A DNA stretch of 58,647 nt, filler included, from Circinaria calcarea (Eukaryota): the NCBI GenBank assembly GCA_051942165.1. It is 3 parts of 3 records of this genome, joined end to end, with 100 filler letters (N's around TTAATTAATTAA, not from the genome) between each part and the next. Parts side by side here need not be neighbours in the genome. Positions count along the whole stretch, not along the records: positions 19,611 to 39,119 come from JAVECS010000205.1; positions 39,220 to 58,647 come from JAVECS010000207.1; 1 more part is not named here. One strand, written 5' to 3'. Under the pieces are notes generated by a model. It saw only the letters and a program-made list of their open reading frames with translations. It had not been told where the DNA came from and did not search any database. Below, piece after piece: positions 36,530 through 49,558 of the stretch. Positions within the stretch are counted from its first letter, which is position 1, and every line of letters begins with the position of its first letter. The position numbers and the translations under genes are program-made.

Positions 36530-38722
36530 ATGGTTAGAAGTCAATCAAAGCCAGATACTAGTAAAGAAGGGCGGCGGTCTTTGGACGATAGTGCGTTTCA
36601 TCTCTCATCCATGCTGCTCCAGCTGACCATGAATAGGAAGGCGCGCTCAAGGTATCACGAAACGACAACCTCAAACAGGTATTCGAAAGAGCGTACATTT
36701 GGAAGGGATACAGCGTTTACAGGAGCGAACTGTGCCCGAGGACAACAACACCGGACAGCACCCGTTTCCCTCTCCAACAAGCAATCCTTCTAGGAAAGAG
36801 GCATGTTTGCGGGGTTTCCTGTGTTATATTAGGCAACTAACTCAACTGGAGGTCTACAGAACTCATTGGCCGATTTCAAATCTACAGATTCTCATCAGAG
36901 GCAGAAGCGACTGCAAAGACCTAGTCCACATTACAGTCCAGAGGCTGTCAAGGACGGAGAGGAAACGAATCAAAAGTCGCTGGACAAGCAAGGTACATTT
37001 GCCGTCATATCTCGACCAAGTTTTACTAACCGTTGGCAGAGAAGGTATATCGCACCGATGAGCGAACCCGGTCAGAGACAGAGCATCAGCAAACCGATCT
37101 CGAAAGTAGGTTATCAGAACTAGGAAATCCACCTCGAGCCACCTCGGCGGGCAGATATCAAAACAACGAGGTACGTTCTGGCAATGGCCCTCTGTCTGTG
37201 TATCAATCACTGACTTATATCGAAGCATCCACGGAATTTACCGGTCTTCGAAAGGCCTTCAAACTCTGGCCGCAAGCGGAAGCCATTGCAGGAAGCTGTT
37301 CCTTGCGTTCCAGTCGAGCCTCCCCGAAAGCGACAGCGGACGGCTCTTACAAACTCTACTGCTGGAGGCACGTCAAGAGAAGAGGTGGCGAACCATATCA
37401 GCGAGAAGAGTATTGATCCAATCAATCATTGGGTTCAGAAAAGAAGTTGGCCTAAAGAGTATTTCGACCAAGACAGCCAGACTGGGAAAGATCTCGAACG
37501 GGACAGCTGGTTTGAAGAATATTTCGAAGAAGCACGCAGCATGAGTCACTTACTTGCACGGTCGAAGCCCTTACCTTCCCCTCGCCGTAAAAACTCGAAT
37601 TCGGATTCAGGCAGTCGAACACCTAGCGATCAAAGGTCGAGGGAGGAGAAAACTGGTCCATACAGAGATTCGCGCTATCCCATTCTACTTCAAACCAAAG
37701 GCAGCTTTATGACCACATCGAAACTGGGTATTACGGATGCGAGTAAAAACGATTATCGAGCCTTGCTCGATGCGGAACAAATAGTTCCCAAGGACACATT
37801 GTTTCGTGACGATCTGTTTACGGCAATCTGTGAGAAGATCCAAGACAGAAACGAAGCTATAGTTATTCAAGATATTACTCGGTTAATTGTCCCTTCCGCC
37901 CAAAACCTCGCCATATACGGCGCCACACATCTCGAGCACTTGATCGAGAGTGCCAACGAGGGTTGGAATAATTCCATTCCTGTGACCAAAACTCGCCCGC
38001 AACCCGACTATTCTGTGGGATTTAGGCGATCTGCCTTTACAGACGATCAACTTGAAAAGCTTCAACCTTTTGTCGGTTCCCTCTGGGATACTTCATTTTT
38101 CATGGGCACATTTTACATGTATTTCCCATTTTTCACGTGCGAGGTCAAGTGCGGTGCTGCAGGGCTCGAAGTTGCAGATCGACAGAATGCTCATAGCATG
38201 ACTATTGCCGTCAGGGCCGTCGTCGAACTCTTTAGACTTGTCAAGCGCGAAAAAGAGGTTCATCGAGAGATCCTTGGCTTTTCAATCTCGCACGACCATG
38301 CAAACGTGAGGATTTATGGCCATTATCCGATAATCGACCAGGACAAAACGACCTTCTACCGTCACCCCGTTCGTGAATTTTGCTTCACCGAATTGGACGG
38401 CAAAGAGAAGTGGACGGCATACAAGTTCACCAAGAATATCTACGACGTCTGGATGCCGCAACACTTCCAGCGCATCTGCTCCGCCATCGACCAGATCCCC
38501 GCCGGCGTCAACTTCGACGTCTCCGGCTCCGACCTCCAGTTTCCCGACGACTCCGGCCTCCAGCTCTCCCTCGAATTAGACACTCATCTCTCCCAGCAGT
38601 CGAACGCCGAGTCCGAGTCCGCGCCCGAGGAAGATGACGCTATCGTTGGCTCGCAGCCGACGACGCCGAATACTTCCTTTACGCAAAGAAACGAGCCCAG
38701 GTCCAAAAGGCCTAGGAACTAG
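36530..38722 (+). CDS. Fungal DUF protein (DUF7924-like, PD-(D/E)XK-like motif); 5' exons tentative
   Basis: The main exon (about 37226-38722) has RPQPDYSVGF, YFPFFTCEVKCG, ADRQNAHSM, FSISHD and RIYGHY. Upstream short exons from the ATG at 36530 are bounded by intron-like signals. Confidence 0.78.
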
Positions 38723-39119
38723 CGTGCTAGATTGCAGCAAGGGTGATCGGTCCGAGGCAAAAGAGAACATGGGCTTGTTGGAACCAGGCCAATGGGCTTT
38801 TTTTTGATATAACCATTGGGGCCCAATGGGTATGGGTATTTGGCCGGTTTAGCTCCGACACATGTTTTTTGGGGAGGGAGGCGAGAGGTCTGCTTTGCGT
38901 TATATTGGTCTCGCGTGAGTGGCCCTGCGGCGTATTGTATGGCTAGAGTATGCTATCCGCATCTTTTTAGTCCTCGGGACCAGCCCTTACGCTCGTTTTG
39001 AAAATATCATCACCCTCCCCCTTATCAACCAAATGTTGGGCGACCCGCAAGCAACGATAATTAACCATTAGTAATCTGTTCTACCCCGCGAATTGTCCCA
39101 AGTCCCCCCAAGTCCCCCA

Positions 39120-39219
39120 NNNNNNNNNNNNNNNNNNNNNNNNNNNNNNNNNNNNNNNNNNNNTTAATTAATTAANNNNNNNNNNNNNNNNNNNNNNNNN
39201 NNNNNNNNNNNNNNNNNNN
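39120..39219. other. Artificial contig-joining linker
   Basis: Identical N44-TTAATTAATTAA-N44 spacer. Confidence 0.97.
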
Positions 39220-39800
39220 GGAAGGAAGGAAGGAAGGAAGGAAGGAGAAAGTGAGGGGGGAAGGGGACAGTTGGCAGATGGATGGGAAAAATATAGGCGT
39301 TTAGGAGGAGTAGGAGGAGGAGGAGGAGAGGAAGTGTTCTTATACAGAGTGTGATGAGCACTTCTTGATTCACCCATTGTAGAAAATTCACAATGGCAGA
39401 GATGATGACATAGCCGTGCGCTAGTTATTTTGTTGAGCTAAAAATCGATTGGGCGATGTTGGAGCTACCTAGGTTACCTGAGATGCCAGATTCTAATCCG
39501 AGATGAGTCGTGCCTCGTATTAGCTAGGTAATTCTGCTAGGGGATTTGTGGCGACGCTGTTGTGCAAGCCATCTAGAGTTGCCAAGTTAGAGGTTGCTAG
39601 ATGGCCCCAGGGAGTGATATGCGTCTTGACATACTCCTTGGTAGTTGTTATGCCGGGCATTTTGGGAGATGCCACATCTTCGTCTCTAATGGCCTTTAGC
39701 AGCCAAAGGCTGCCTGTAACTCTGGTGATGAAGCCTTCGGAGGAAGCCTGTACTGGCAGACGACTTGGATTCCCTGATGTTAAACCATACTAGTGTATGC

Positions 39801-41258
39801 TCACCCATCGCTGTCAGTCTCGTTCTCCGATACACTCTTTTTCCTCAATGGGTTTTCCTCGCTGCCTTTCAAAACATACTTCTCCAAGGCCGTTTCAATT
39901 TCACAGCCCCTCTCATCACCGTCCCACAAATCAACTCCGCCATCGTCCCGAAGTGGATAAGTCACTGCAAAGCTCTTCAGGGATGGTAAGTGGCGGAGAT
40001 CATCAAAAGTGTCTGCCCATTTCCCGTCCCCCAGTTCGATGCCCTCAAGATGCAAGTCACTCAGATTGTACTGAAGGCGCAGAAAAGACAAAAGTTCAGT
40101 CTGCGAGCATGCAAAGTATTGAATGTACAGCGTGGAGAGATTCGACCAGGTAAAAGGCGTTCGGCCAAAGATTTCGGAGAGGGAATATGGTATGAGATCA
40201 TCCCGATCCGACTCATTGACGTTGATCTCGAGACCTTCGAGATTAGCCATTGATCGTAATATTTCCGGCATGGTACTGTGTGCCGACTTGAAATCCGAGG
40301 TGTCCATTGCATGTAGGCCTATATTCAAATGACGAACGTGTCTCAACGCGTCAATCGTATGCTGTAGTAATGCTGTATTCATGGTCGCCTTTGAATCAAA
40401 CACATAATCTGCAATTCCATGAGGATGCGCGTACTCGAGCCTTGTGATTTCCTTCCTCGTCAGCGCTAGAGCACGCATCACGGTGGGAAACGCGATGAAG
40501 AGTGGCGAAAGATACTTCGGAGGCTCTGCCGATGTGGGTCTTAGGTACAGAGGATGAAATGATCGAGAAAGGGGGCTGCCTTCCAGAAATAATGGTGTAA
40601 GTGTCGTTTCAACGCTGAATTTCGGATTTCGAACTTGGCTTGCCCATTCATATTCAAAGGATACCGTCTGCAAGTTAGGCAGTCGCTCCAAACCCATGCA
40701 GAGACGAGCAACGAGTTCCCCTTTTTCATTCTCGCGTTGTTCTTTGGCTTTCGTCAGATAGGCCTCATATCCCCTGTTTATGATCCTGTAGGACAATAGT
40801 TTTCTCTCCGTGTGCCTCATTTCGTATTCTGGAGGTTTTAGAGGATGTGCAGCCCTGAGTAAGTCATTGATTTGTTCGTCGGCGTTTTTGAATTCATGTC
40901 CGCGTCCGAAATTCCAGAGTAAGTAGCTGGTCTGCTGAAGGACCTGCTTCACGTACCATTCCTTGCCCGAGCCGACAGTAAAAGTCGACGTATCATAGAT
41001 AAGTCTTCTGATCGATCGGCTCAGATGAGGACTCTGCGATATGTTCGTGAAGACCTCCAAGTCTTTTTGATGCGGTGAAATGTAGATGTTGTCGAAGAGT
41101 AGGGGCGTCGCAAGACCATTGCAAGTCTTGGATGCTCTCCTGATTTTCTTCAACTCCTCTTTCCTTGAATAGCCGAATATGAGCAAAAGGACCTCGTTCG
41201 GGAAGTGGAGGTGTGTCCTGGAGTCTTGCTCCGCTGGGAGGATTTGCAGATCAGCCAT
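39801..41258 (-). CDS. F-box-like protein with LRR-like C-terminal region
   Basis: HFPNEVLLLIFGY...LKKIRRASKTCNGLATPLLF is F-box-like, followed by LxxLxL repeats, in a long ORF. Confidence 0.78.
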   Translation of the reverse strand: MADLQILPAEQDSRTHLHFPNEVLLLIFGYSRKEELKKIRRASKTCNGLATPLLFDNIYISPHQKDLEVFTNISQSPHLSRSIRRLIYDTSTFTVGSGKEWYVKQVLQQTSYLLWNFGRGHEFKNADEQINDLLRAAHPLKPPEYEMRHTERKLLSYRIINRGYEAYLTKAKEQRENEKGELVARLCMGLERLPNLQTVSFEYEWASQVRNPKFSVETTLTPLFLEGSPLSRSFHPLYLRPTSAEPPKYLSPLFIAFPTVMRALALTRKEITRLEYAHPHGIADYVFDSKATMNTALLQHTIDALRHVRHLNIGLHAMDTSDFKSAHSTMPEILRSMANLEGLEINVNESDRDDLIPYSLSEIFGRTPFTWSNLSTLYIQYFACSQTELLSFLRLQYNLSDLHLEGIELGDGKWADTFDDLRHLPSLKSFAVTYPLRDDGGVDLWDGDERGCEIETALEKYVLKGSEENPLRKKSVSENETDSDG

Positions 41259-43005
41259 GTTACGTGAAACTCCTAGAGACAAATTCCGTGGACGGTATAC
41301 TGCACACCAAAACGTCCGTTAGCAAGAGGTACATCTAGATTTAGCCATTAGAACGACTCACATCTGAGGCAAACCTTTCCCCCAAGGCTCCAGTCCAGAA
41401 ATACCAAACCATACACCCTCAATAGCAGCCAATTTCAGCGTTTATGGTTTAATTCCCCGCATGCTCCTGTTGAAGGTGGTGGACATCAATCGGCGACTTC
41501 CCACTGGCGATAGTCGCGTGTTGCATATCATATCACGTCTGAAGTTGACGTCAGGTGTATTGATCGAATAGGGCTGAGGTTATTGTTGGTCACCGTACAG
41601 CTAGAGCAGACCAAGACGCCAGAGATAGGACCGTGACATCCTTCAGTAGTATACAGTATAGTTTCAAACTGAAATCTTTAAGCTATTGTTCCAATGCTCA
41701 AATAAGAGATGAATCGGCAAGTATCCAATCACCCTATTCATATTCTATATCCCTATTCTAGTTCTAGAAGGACTCGATCTGTCAAAATTTCCCTCTCCCT
41801 CCACCAGCGGTTGTTTCTAGCCTTCAAACTCATTTTGTATTCCCTCGTCCCCTTCTCCACCCTTCGCCATCCTCACAAACGCCTGTATCTACTTCATGCC
41901 ATCATGTCCCTGCCCAACAGCCGCATCTCATAACCACCTCTATGCGCATTTAACCCCTCCGAAAACAACGCTCTCCTATCCCTCCATCCCACATCTTTCC
42001 TCAGCGTCTCCAAATCCACTCACTGACTCGAGCTAATCAACATCTGTACTGTACAGGCCATCGAGGAAGGTCAAGTCGGCTGCAGGTTCGAGCACTGAGA
42101 TGATCTTATCGGCAGCGAAAGACGACTGGGCTTGAGCGTTGCGAGTCAGTCCGTAATTGATCCAGCCTGCTCGAACAAAAGCTTTTGGCGACGGCATCGC
42201 CAATCTAGCCGTTGGCACCGATGACCAAGGCGGTTCTATGCTTGGAGGGCGCCATTTCATATGATTAAGGGAACAGGATCTTCTGCTCCAAATCGTGAGC
42301 AAGATGGGAGGTTTTAAGTTGGCAAGCAAATTACGGAACATTAATAATCGAACAATCCCAAAATGCAACTCGTAGGATTAACAGCAGGTATCAACCGTAA
42401 GGACGCGGTGGCTTCGATCGTTGTGATAGGTATTTGGGGTTTAGCTAGAACGAAAGAAAACTAATCTTCCACGTTGAAAGAGCGAATGTGGTATGATAAT
42501 GACATGGTTATCCTTTGCTCTAGAGTTTCTCCACTGGTTCAATGACATCTCGACTGAAAGCAACAAGACTACTCGCATTCGCTCTCTCTGTTGTAAGGTA
42601 CTTACTCTTGTGCCAATTAGATCTTATGTTGAATTTAGAGGGTGTAAGTCGATGGAGGCGATTCAGAAGATCCGGAGTTGAAATGATTGTCTGTAGCTTT
42701 ATTCTACTTCAGCGTCTTCAGTAGGTCCCAACTAGGTGCTGAATGATCTGATTGCTACGTTATAACGGAAAAAGCGACGCGAGTAGAGACAAGGCATGGG
42801 TTTTTTTGCAGTTTGCGGAAAGGTGATTTATTTTTAATGGACTCTGAAATCTATACGGTCCTTTAGTGAATCCAAGCCTGAAACGTCTCAAGAAACCCAG
42901 AACGCCCTCGCCATGCATACCCCTGTTAACGATGCCTGAAAACTCCGTCTTTGTCACGGACAAATTGACTCACAATCCCTCGTCCCATTTGTACTCTTAG
43001 ACGTT

Positions 43006-43950
43006 TTAGTGTCGGAACGCCTCATAGGCTCCCGGCCTCCCTCCTATCGTGCTCGAGGGCGCAGTCGAGTGTTGCGCATATGGTCCGTCTACTCTCGTGT
43101 AGCTATGTCCTTCAGTGATGGCCTTGCTGTTGGCTTCGGGATTACGGCTTCGACCAGAGCAGCAGCACGAGCTGAAGGCCCAGAATAGGACAGAAACCAG
43201 AGAGCAGACAACCGAGAGCCAGATGTAGATGTAAATGGTGGAGCCCAAGCGAAATTGAATACCGTATGGCTTCAAGTTCTGGTTACCAGAGGCAGTCATT
43301 CCAGCATACGTGGCGGTTGCAAGCACTGCGAATGCAAAGGAGAAGATGGTGCTGACAAGACTGGAGAGAGTCGTGAACAGGCTACCGAGACGGCTAAAGA
43401 GTGCACCGATCCCAACGAGAATCTCGATGCAAGTCGAGGTGACCGTAAGGATGTAAAGGGCTGTTATCCATCTGGCAGCCCTCGTCTTGTAATTGTCAAT
43501 CACCTTGTCAAAGTCCTTGGGGGTTTTAAAAGTGCTGGTTTGATTCAGGCCCCAGACCTCCGATGGATTAAACCAAAACTGAGTTTTGCGCTTCGTGCAA
43601 AAATCTGCGACGGTGGATTTCTGCGAGCCAGTTGCTAACTTGGATTTTTTCACAGGGACACCTTTGCCGGTACAGTAATTCCAGAGAGAGATGGTATAGA
43701 AGTCTCTGATTATGAGCTTGCCGTCTGATGTCTTATCAACAGAGGGAATGTTAGGACCGGCGGTAACGTCGGCGAATGAGGAATTTTGAGCAATGCTGGT
43801 AGTGTTTGCTTGAAGGAAGTAGATGTTGGAGAGGTAATTGTTCTTCCGGTTGGTACCTCCAAGTCCGACCATGATCTGAAATATGAGAGCGAGAATGGTC
43901 AAAACCATAGGGAGAAAGACACACACAAAACGTCCAGCTTTGCCTCCCAT
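43006..43950 (-). CDS. SUR7/PalI family membrane protein
   Basis: N-terminal TM, claudin-like YTISLWNYC motif, three further TMs and a Cys cluster (SSCCCS). Confidence 0.88.
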   Translation of the reverse strand: MGGKAGRFVCVFLPMVLTILALIFQIMVGLGGTNRKNNYLSNIYFLQANTTSIAQNSSFADVTAGPNIPSVDKTSDGKLIIRDFYTISLWNYCTGKGVPVKKSKLATGSQKSTVADFCTKRKTQFWFNPSEVWGLNQTSTFKTPKDFDKVIDNYKTRAARWITALYILTVTSTCIEILVGIGALFSRLGSLFTTLSSLVSTIFSFAFAVLATATYAGMTASGNQNLKPYGIQFRLGSTIYIYIWLSVVCSLVSVLFWAFSSCCCSGRSRNPEANSKAITEGHSYTRVDGPYAQHSTAPSSTIGGRPGAYEAFRH

Positions 43951-45146
43951 AGCTATTGAATGTGAATCAAGTCTGATAAGAAAAGAAGGATTGTAGTCTA
44001 TACAAACGGAAAAATAGATCGAGATAAATTGTTTGCAAAGACTTCAAGTCCTGGATGCTTTGGATTTAAGAATGTCAAAGTGCTTATGGAGAGAAGAAGA
44101 GAGAGGGCTATAGCGGTATATTATACTTCATGGGTGTGTTAGTTCTCAGGTCAGCCTTGCCAAGCGAATGCGGTGTTGGAAAAGTTATCTTCGGGCGCAG
44201 GACTTTGCGTGTAGTGCTAACAGGTCTCAAAGGCCATCGTCCCCTTGTGAGTTTGTCGGCTGCCCCACCCACACCCACAGGATATCTTGAGTTATGATAA
44301 CAGTAACATACTGAAAGTTGGCTGTTATCGAGAAGCTCACCTCGGAGAAGATCAATTGCTGAAACGGCTTCATGTTTTTGTTGTGTTGAGGTTGCTGTTT
44401 CTTCGCAGTTGGCGTTGGACGTCGGAAGGGATTATCTTGAAGCCCGAGACTTCCAACGCTAAAACTTAAAATAGGCAGTCTCAGCTAACCAATTACGACT
44501 AGCTCAAGGCTTGAATAGACTGCGCAGACAGCTTGAAGTGTACGACCTCTCAGAAATCAGGTATAAATCAGTAACTCGAAAGGATTCCCACTCAGATATT
44601 AAGATTAAAGCTTCAGCAATAACTTCTTATGCTCAGGTGTTAAGAGCATCGTATTTAATCAGCAAGTATGGTCTTCCTTAGTTCAAGGCTACCTTAATAA
44701 ATACCTTTTTCCAGAAAATATAAGATTAAAGACGAGAGACTTGCGTTGATACTTGAGTTAGCTGCAGTGGTATAAGTGCAGCGAGTGAATAGCAGATGGC
44801 ATAGCAAGGAGTAGATAGTTCTCACTGATTATGGAATTTTCCTTTTCATGAGTCTTTCGCCAATATCAACACAGCTGACGGCCTTGGCCCTTCGCTTTCT
44901 GACATGCACGATCTATCACCTGTGCCGCAAGTATACCTACCACACTTCGAGAAGTGTACTTGACGGCGGGCTGTAGTCATATCCAAGGAACATACATGTG
45001 ATTCCTTACTTGTGTGAATTCTTAGAGTGAATCGGAGCATGATGAGCATGCATCGGAACTAGATGTACTTCGTACAATCTTGGCCACTGCAGTGGCAGGC
45101 TTAAAGCTCTTATAGGAAATTTAGAAGTCTACCTCCCGCATAATAG

Positions 45147-48100
45147 CTAATCCAGTATACCGCGACCGGACGACTTCCGCGCTGTTCGGATGATCTGTCC
45201 TTGTGCCTGATCCTTTGCTTGCCTATCTTGTCGGGTCTTCGATCCACGCTTCTGAAAGACCTCATGTTTGACTCCCACAACTTCGGGCCTTGAGAGCATT
45301 TGCGCTGGTCTTTTTGCTATACTAGCATGCCGAGTATCCCATCCACGCTGCTGAGGATCTCTACGCTTGACTTCCTCGATGGGTGGAGGCGGAGTGGTTG
45401 TGTCGTCCATTTCCTCTTCCTCTTCTTCTTCCTCCTCCTCCCCCTCCTCTTCTTCTTCTGAGTTTTCATCTTCCCCCTCACTTTCATGGTAAGATTCACT
45501 GCTACTAAGTTCCCACAAACCTTCTTCCAAAAGTGGGGTATCAGCCATCTCGTTGCCAGCATCAAGATCCACGACCAAGGCGCTCCGTCTTCTCTTACGG
45601 GATGCTTTGACGGGTTCAACATCATCGACATCGGCAATGATTTCGTCCTCGTCCTTGGAAGGACTCTGGTGGGATGACCGGTGCGACTTGAAATCCGGAT
45701 CTAGCATCACTTTCTTTCGCGGTCTACCAATTTGACCCCCCGATTTCTTAGCCGTTACTTTTCCATTTGCTGCCGGGACTTTCTTTATGTCTCCTATTCG
45801 TTTTCTTTCTAATTTGGGTTGCTTATTGCCATCCAGCTTGATAAGATCAAATCTTGAGGTAAAGGTCTCCCTACACCTCTATCAGCATGAAATAGATAGA
45901 ACAAGTTCGAACAGTTCACATACCCGTAGTCGAATAATATTTCATCGCCCACACTCATATTTTGACACGCAAACATGCCAATCCTATGGACTTGATTGCA
46001 CAGCAATATTTTGGCCCTGCAATTGGCATGTGGATCCGCTTGGTGGTTGATATACCGAAACTTGTTGCCGACACGTGTGCTGTCGAGCGTCTGAGCTAAT
46101 GTACATTAGCCGTGTTTCTATAGTCATCTTTTCAGGGTACTTACTGATATTCAAATCAAAGAGGTAGGACAGATTGCGTTTGTCATAGATGAGACCCCTC
46201 CGTTCGCCCTCCTCCCTAGACACAACTTCACCGACGTATTCTCCAATATAGTCCCCTTTTTTGATTGGCTCACCCATATAGAGACCCCACCCGGAAAGCC
46301 CTCCTCTGGAAAGTAACGTTGAATGGCCTAAGAGTGTCCGGCGTGGTACGCCGCGCTGTACGTATACATTAACACACTTCCCCTCGGCAATATCTGGTCT
46401 GTATCTATTCACAGGGTCCAAAACCTCACGAGCACCACAGCTTCGGCAGAGATCGGGGTCACACTCTCGGTGCAGGCGAAAGCAGTCACACCTTTCATTT
46501 TCCCAACAGGCTTTGCCTTTAGCCGCGCATGTGCAGCCTTGAAACCTTCGCGAGCAATTACTGGCACACATGCAGGTCCTTTCACAAGTAACGTCATCCT
46601 CAAAACAGCTGCAGTCAGTGGCTGCCGAACAAGGGCCGGTATGATTGCATGGTCGAAAGGGCGGGCGTTTGTCATGCTTCCACGTGATGGAATTTTGGAT
46701 CCAGTAGTCTCCATTGTGTTTTGGTGGTGGTCGATGACTCAATGCCCTTTCGTTGTTTCGTAATTTCACTTTGGCTGATATACTTTCTGTGGGAATTTGG
46801 CATAGTTTTAGAAAGATCTAGAGAAATTAGCTAGTCTCTCTTTCGAGGAACTCAGAGATGTCAGACCTCGACACAGGGCTTATCGATCGCAAGCGCGAGC
46901 ATGCAGGCACCACGACGGTTTCCCCTATAAGCTGGTAAAAGAGTGCGTAGCAGTCCTATCTCTTCTTCTGTGAATTCCGACACCGGTCTCGAGCGGTTCG
47001 CCTTCAGCCAGAAGCACGAATTCGAACAAAATTCATCGTCTTTAAAGACGGAGTCAAGGTCGCTTATTGTAAGCAAGGCCTCACCGCTCACAGTACCATC
47101 CTGATTCCTGCCTAAGGCATTTTCTATTTTATTAATGTCAACTCGTAATCTATTAGGGCCATCGCTATTTTCCATGGATCTATTATCTGCTGCAGGTGGA
47201 CAGAGTGGTTTCGCATTTAGCCGTAGGCGAACATTTGTCTGATCGTCTTCATCGTTGAATTCACCATGGCCAGGGCACTCATGACTACGGTGGTATGTTA
47301 GCTTGGTATTGGACGGAGAGATTGGTGGAGATCCACATACGCAAAGCAGCCAAGGCAGACCAAGTCCGTATAAGTTTCAAGTCCGTTGAGTAGTGTTTTG
47401 TGTCCTCGCAGGCCTAATGGAGTGTTGGGTTTGCTGCCATCTGATTCATCAGATTTGGTCTTGCCACAGATAGCTCGAGAAACTAGTCTATGCCGTTTCA
47501 CCACATGCCATAGACTAAATTCGGTCACATTCAAGAAAGCTGTGCAAGCCAAGCCAGCCGCCGCACTCCTTCTACTGTCCGTGGATGGTGGTATGCTATC
47601 GAACACCAACTGCCATTCCTTCCTTGGTTGTCTAACTCGGTCATGCGATTGCTTATCAGTACCTGTGAAATCGAAGTCATCACTGTTATTGTAGTAATCT
47701 TCTTTCACATGAGCTTCCCGATTCAGCCAAACAGGTGCTAATTCCGTTGGAAGTACTTCCGGAGCAGTCGGGTTTGACTCATCAAGAAGGTAGCGAAGTA
47801 CGTCTCCAATGTCACAGCCTACTTCATTTAAGAATTTCTCTGCGTAGGGTCCATATTGTCTGGCTTTCTCAGCTACGGCGTTGAGATAGTGATAGTTTCG
47901 CTGATTACCAACAATGGTATTTTCAAGCTCCTGATAGTCGGCATCAATGGAGGTATCATCACCGTTCCATGGAAGGAAGGTTCTGTGTTTATCATCTTCA
48001 ATAAGCACATTCCGCCTCGTAGAGACATAATTTGTGTAAGGTGGAATAGAGGTACCGCCGACAGTGTACGCAACGCAGTCTGTCACGAGTTTCTCAATGC

Positions 48101-49109
48101 CAGGCTTTCCCACCTTGAGAACTTGTTGATCTAACCTGCCTCGCTTCTTCGTAACGTTTTGCGCCCCACGCCGAGAAACTCCCAGTCTAGGAAACGGCGA
48201 TACACTCTGAATAAACCGTCTAGAGCCATCTAAGTCCACATCACGTAGGCTGTTCGGGAAAGTCGAGTTTTTGTTACCATGTGTTAACTGAGTGAGACCG
48301 TGCAATTGTCGAGCCTCAGCAAGGCGCCACTGTTTACAAGTCAGTGTCACCAAATTGTATCACTGGATGAATCATAATACCTTGACATGATCTTGATGAT
48401 CCTCCCGCAAATCACAGAGGGCTCTCTTCAAAGATTCTTGAAATGCTTGCAGAGAGAGGGGTAATGCATTAGCCTGTTCTTGGTCGTCTTGAGCAGTATT
48501 CAGATTCTGGAGAGCATCTACTGAATCAAGCTGCGAGCATTTGGGGTGTTTCACCGGATCGCTGGACTCCCTCCGTTGAGGAACTGAACCATGCAACTCT
48601 TGACCTCCGTCTGTCGCTGACTCCAAATGCACTGTGCTTTGTTCGCTATCACCAAAGGCCGGTGTCTCAGGCACAGCTCTCGGTCTCACTACGGTCGGGG
48701 TGTTGATCGAAGTGAACGTATTTTGAAAATTAGTGGCAAGCTTTGAGTATTGATCATTTACTGATTCGTCCAGGTCTGGTTTGTGCTGGAGGGTAGGTTT
48801 GGCTGCTGAAACTGGGGAGGATGATTCTTTCTGGTGACGGTTCTCCTGCGGAGTCTCTTGTATCTCCTGTGGAGGTAGCCTGTTGGGGATTCTGGGCCGT
48901 GAAGCCGTACGCATACAATACGGTATCCTGGGCTTCTCGTCTTCCTCGTCTTCAACAGTTAGGTCCACTATCTTTACGACTAAGGACTGGCGAGAAGCTT
49001 CTGTGAACGGCGAGAGAAGCTGTCCTGTCCTTGAATAACGCCTGCGGTGAGGCTCGTCGTTGGAGTCGCTGGTCTCGCTGGTCAAATCTACCACTCCACT
49101 GCGGCTCAT
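45147..49109 (-). CDS. KMT6: Histone H3K27 methyltransferase, E(z)/EZH2 orthologue (KMT6/SET-7), 6 exons
   Basis: CXC domain (PCNHTGPC...RECDPDLC) and SET domain GWGLY..GEYVGE..SYLFDLN, GNKFRYINH, EILFDYG. Introns at 48380-48330, 47340-47285, 46866-46818, 46144-46096 and 45923-45871. Confidence 0.9.
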
Positions 49110-49558
49110 GATAAGATCCAACAAGAGTGATTTAAAAGTCAGTCACGACATGTACAAGACGGTGGTCTCTGATTTGAGTAAGAATTAGCCACATTGAATG
49201 TGGGTAATAAATGTATCAACTCGACTGAAAGTAGATCAACCTGGCGCCGACACGAACAAGGCTTCGTTTGTCATTCGCCAGTATGAAGCTACACTTGTCC
49301 ATGATACCAAATCATTCTATGTCGTGTGCGTACGCGTTTAAAGTCAAATGTGCTGGAGTCTGGGACAGTGGGTAGTGGTGAACAAATCGTAGTTGGTATG
49401 TAAACACGAGGAAATGAATGAAAGTTTGTTTTCAGGTTCAGGTTCTCTTGACGCCAACGAATTCCAGTTTCAGCGCTTCTTCCAGTCATCTCCCAGTTCA
49501 GCAACGGGATGACATGGACATGCAACTGATAAGATGAATTTATCGACGCTGTTAGGCT

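Noticed and set aside
41750..42368. Fragmentary minus-strand frames suggesting a pseudogene
   Set aside because: Interrupted, with no ATG-supported model and no identifiable family.
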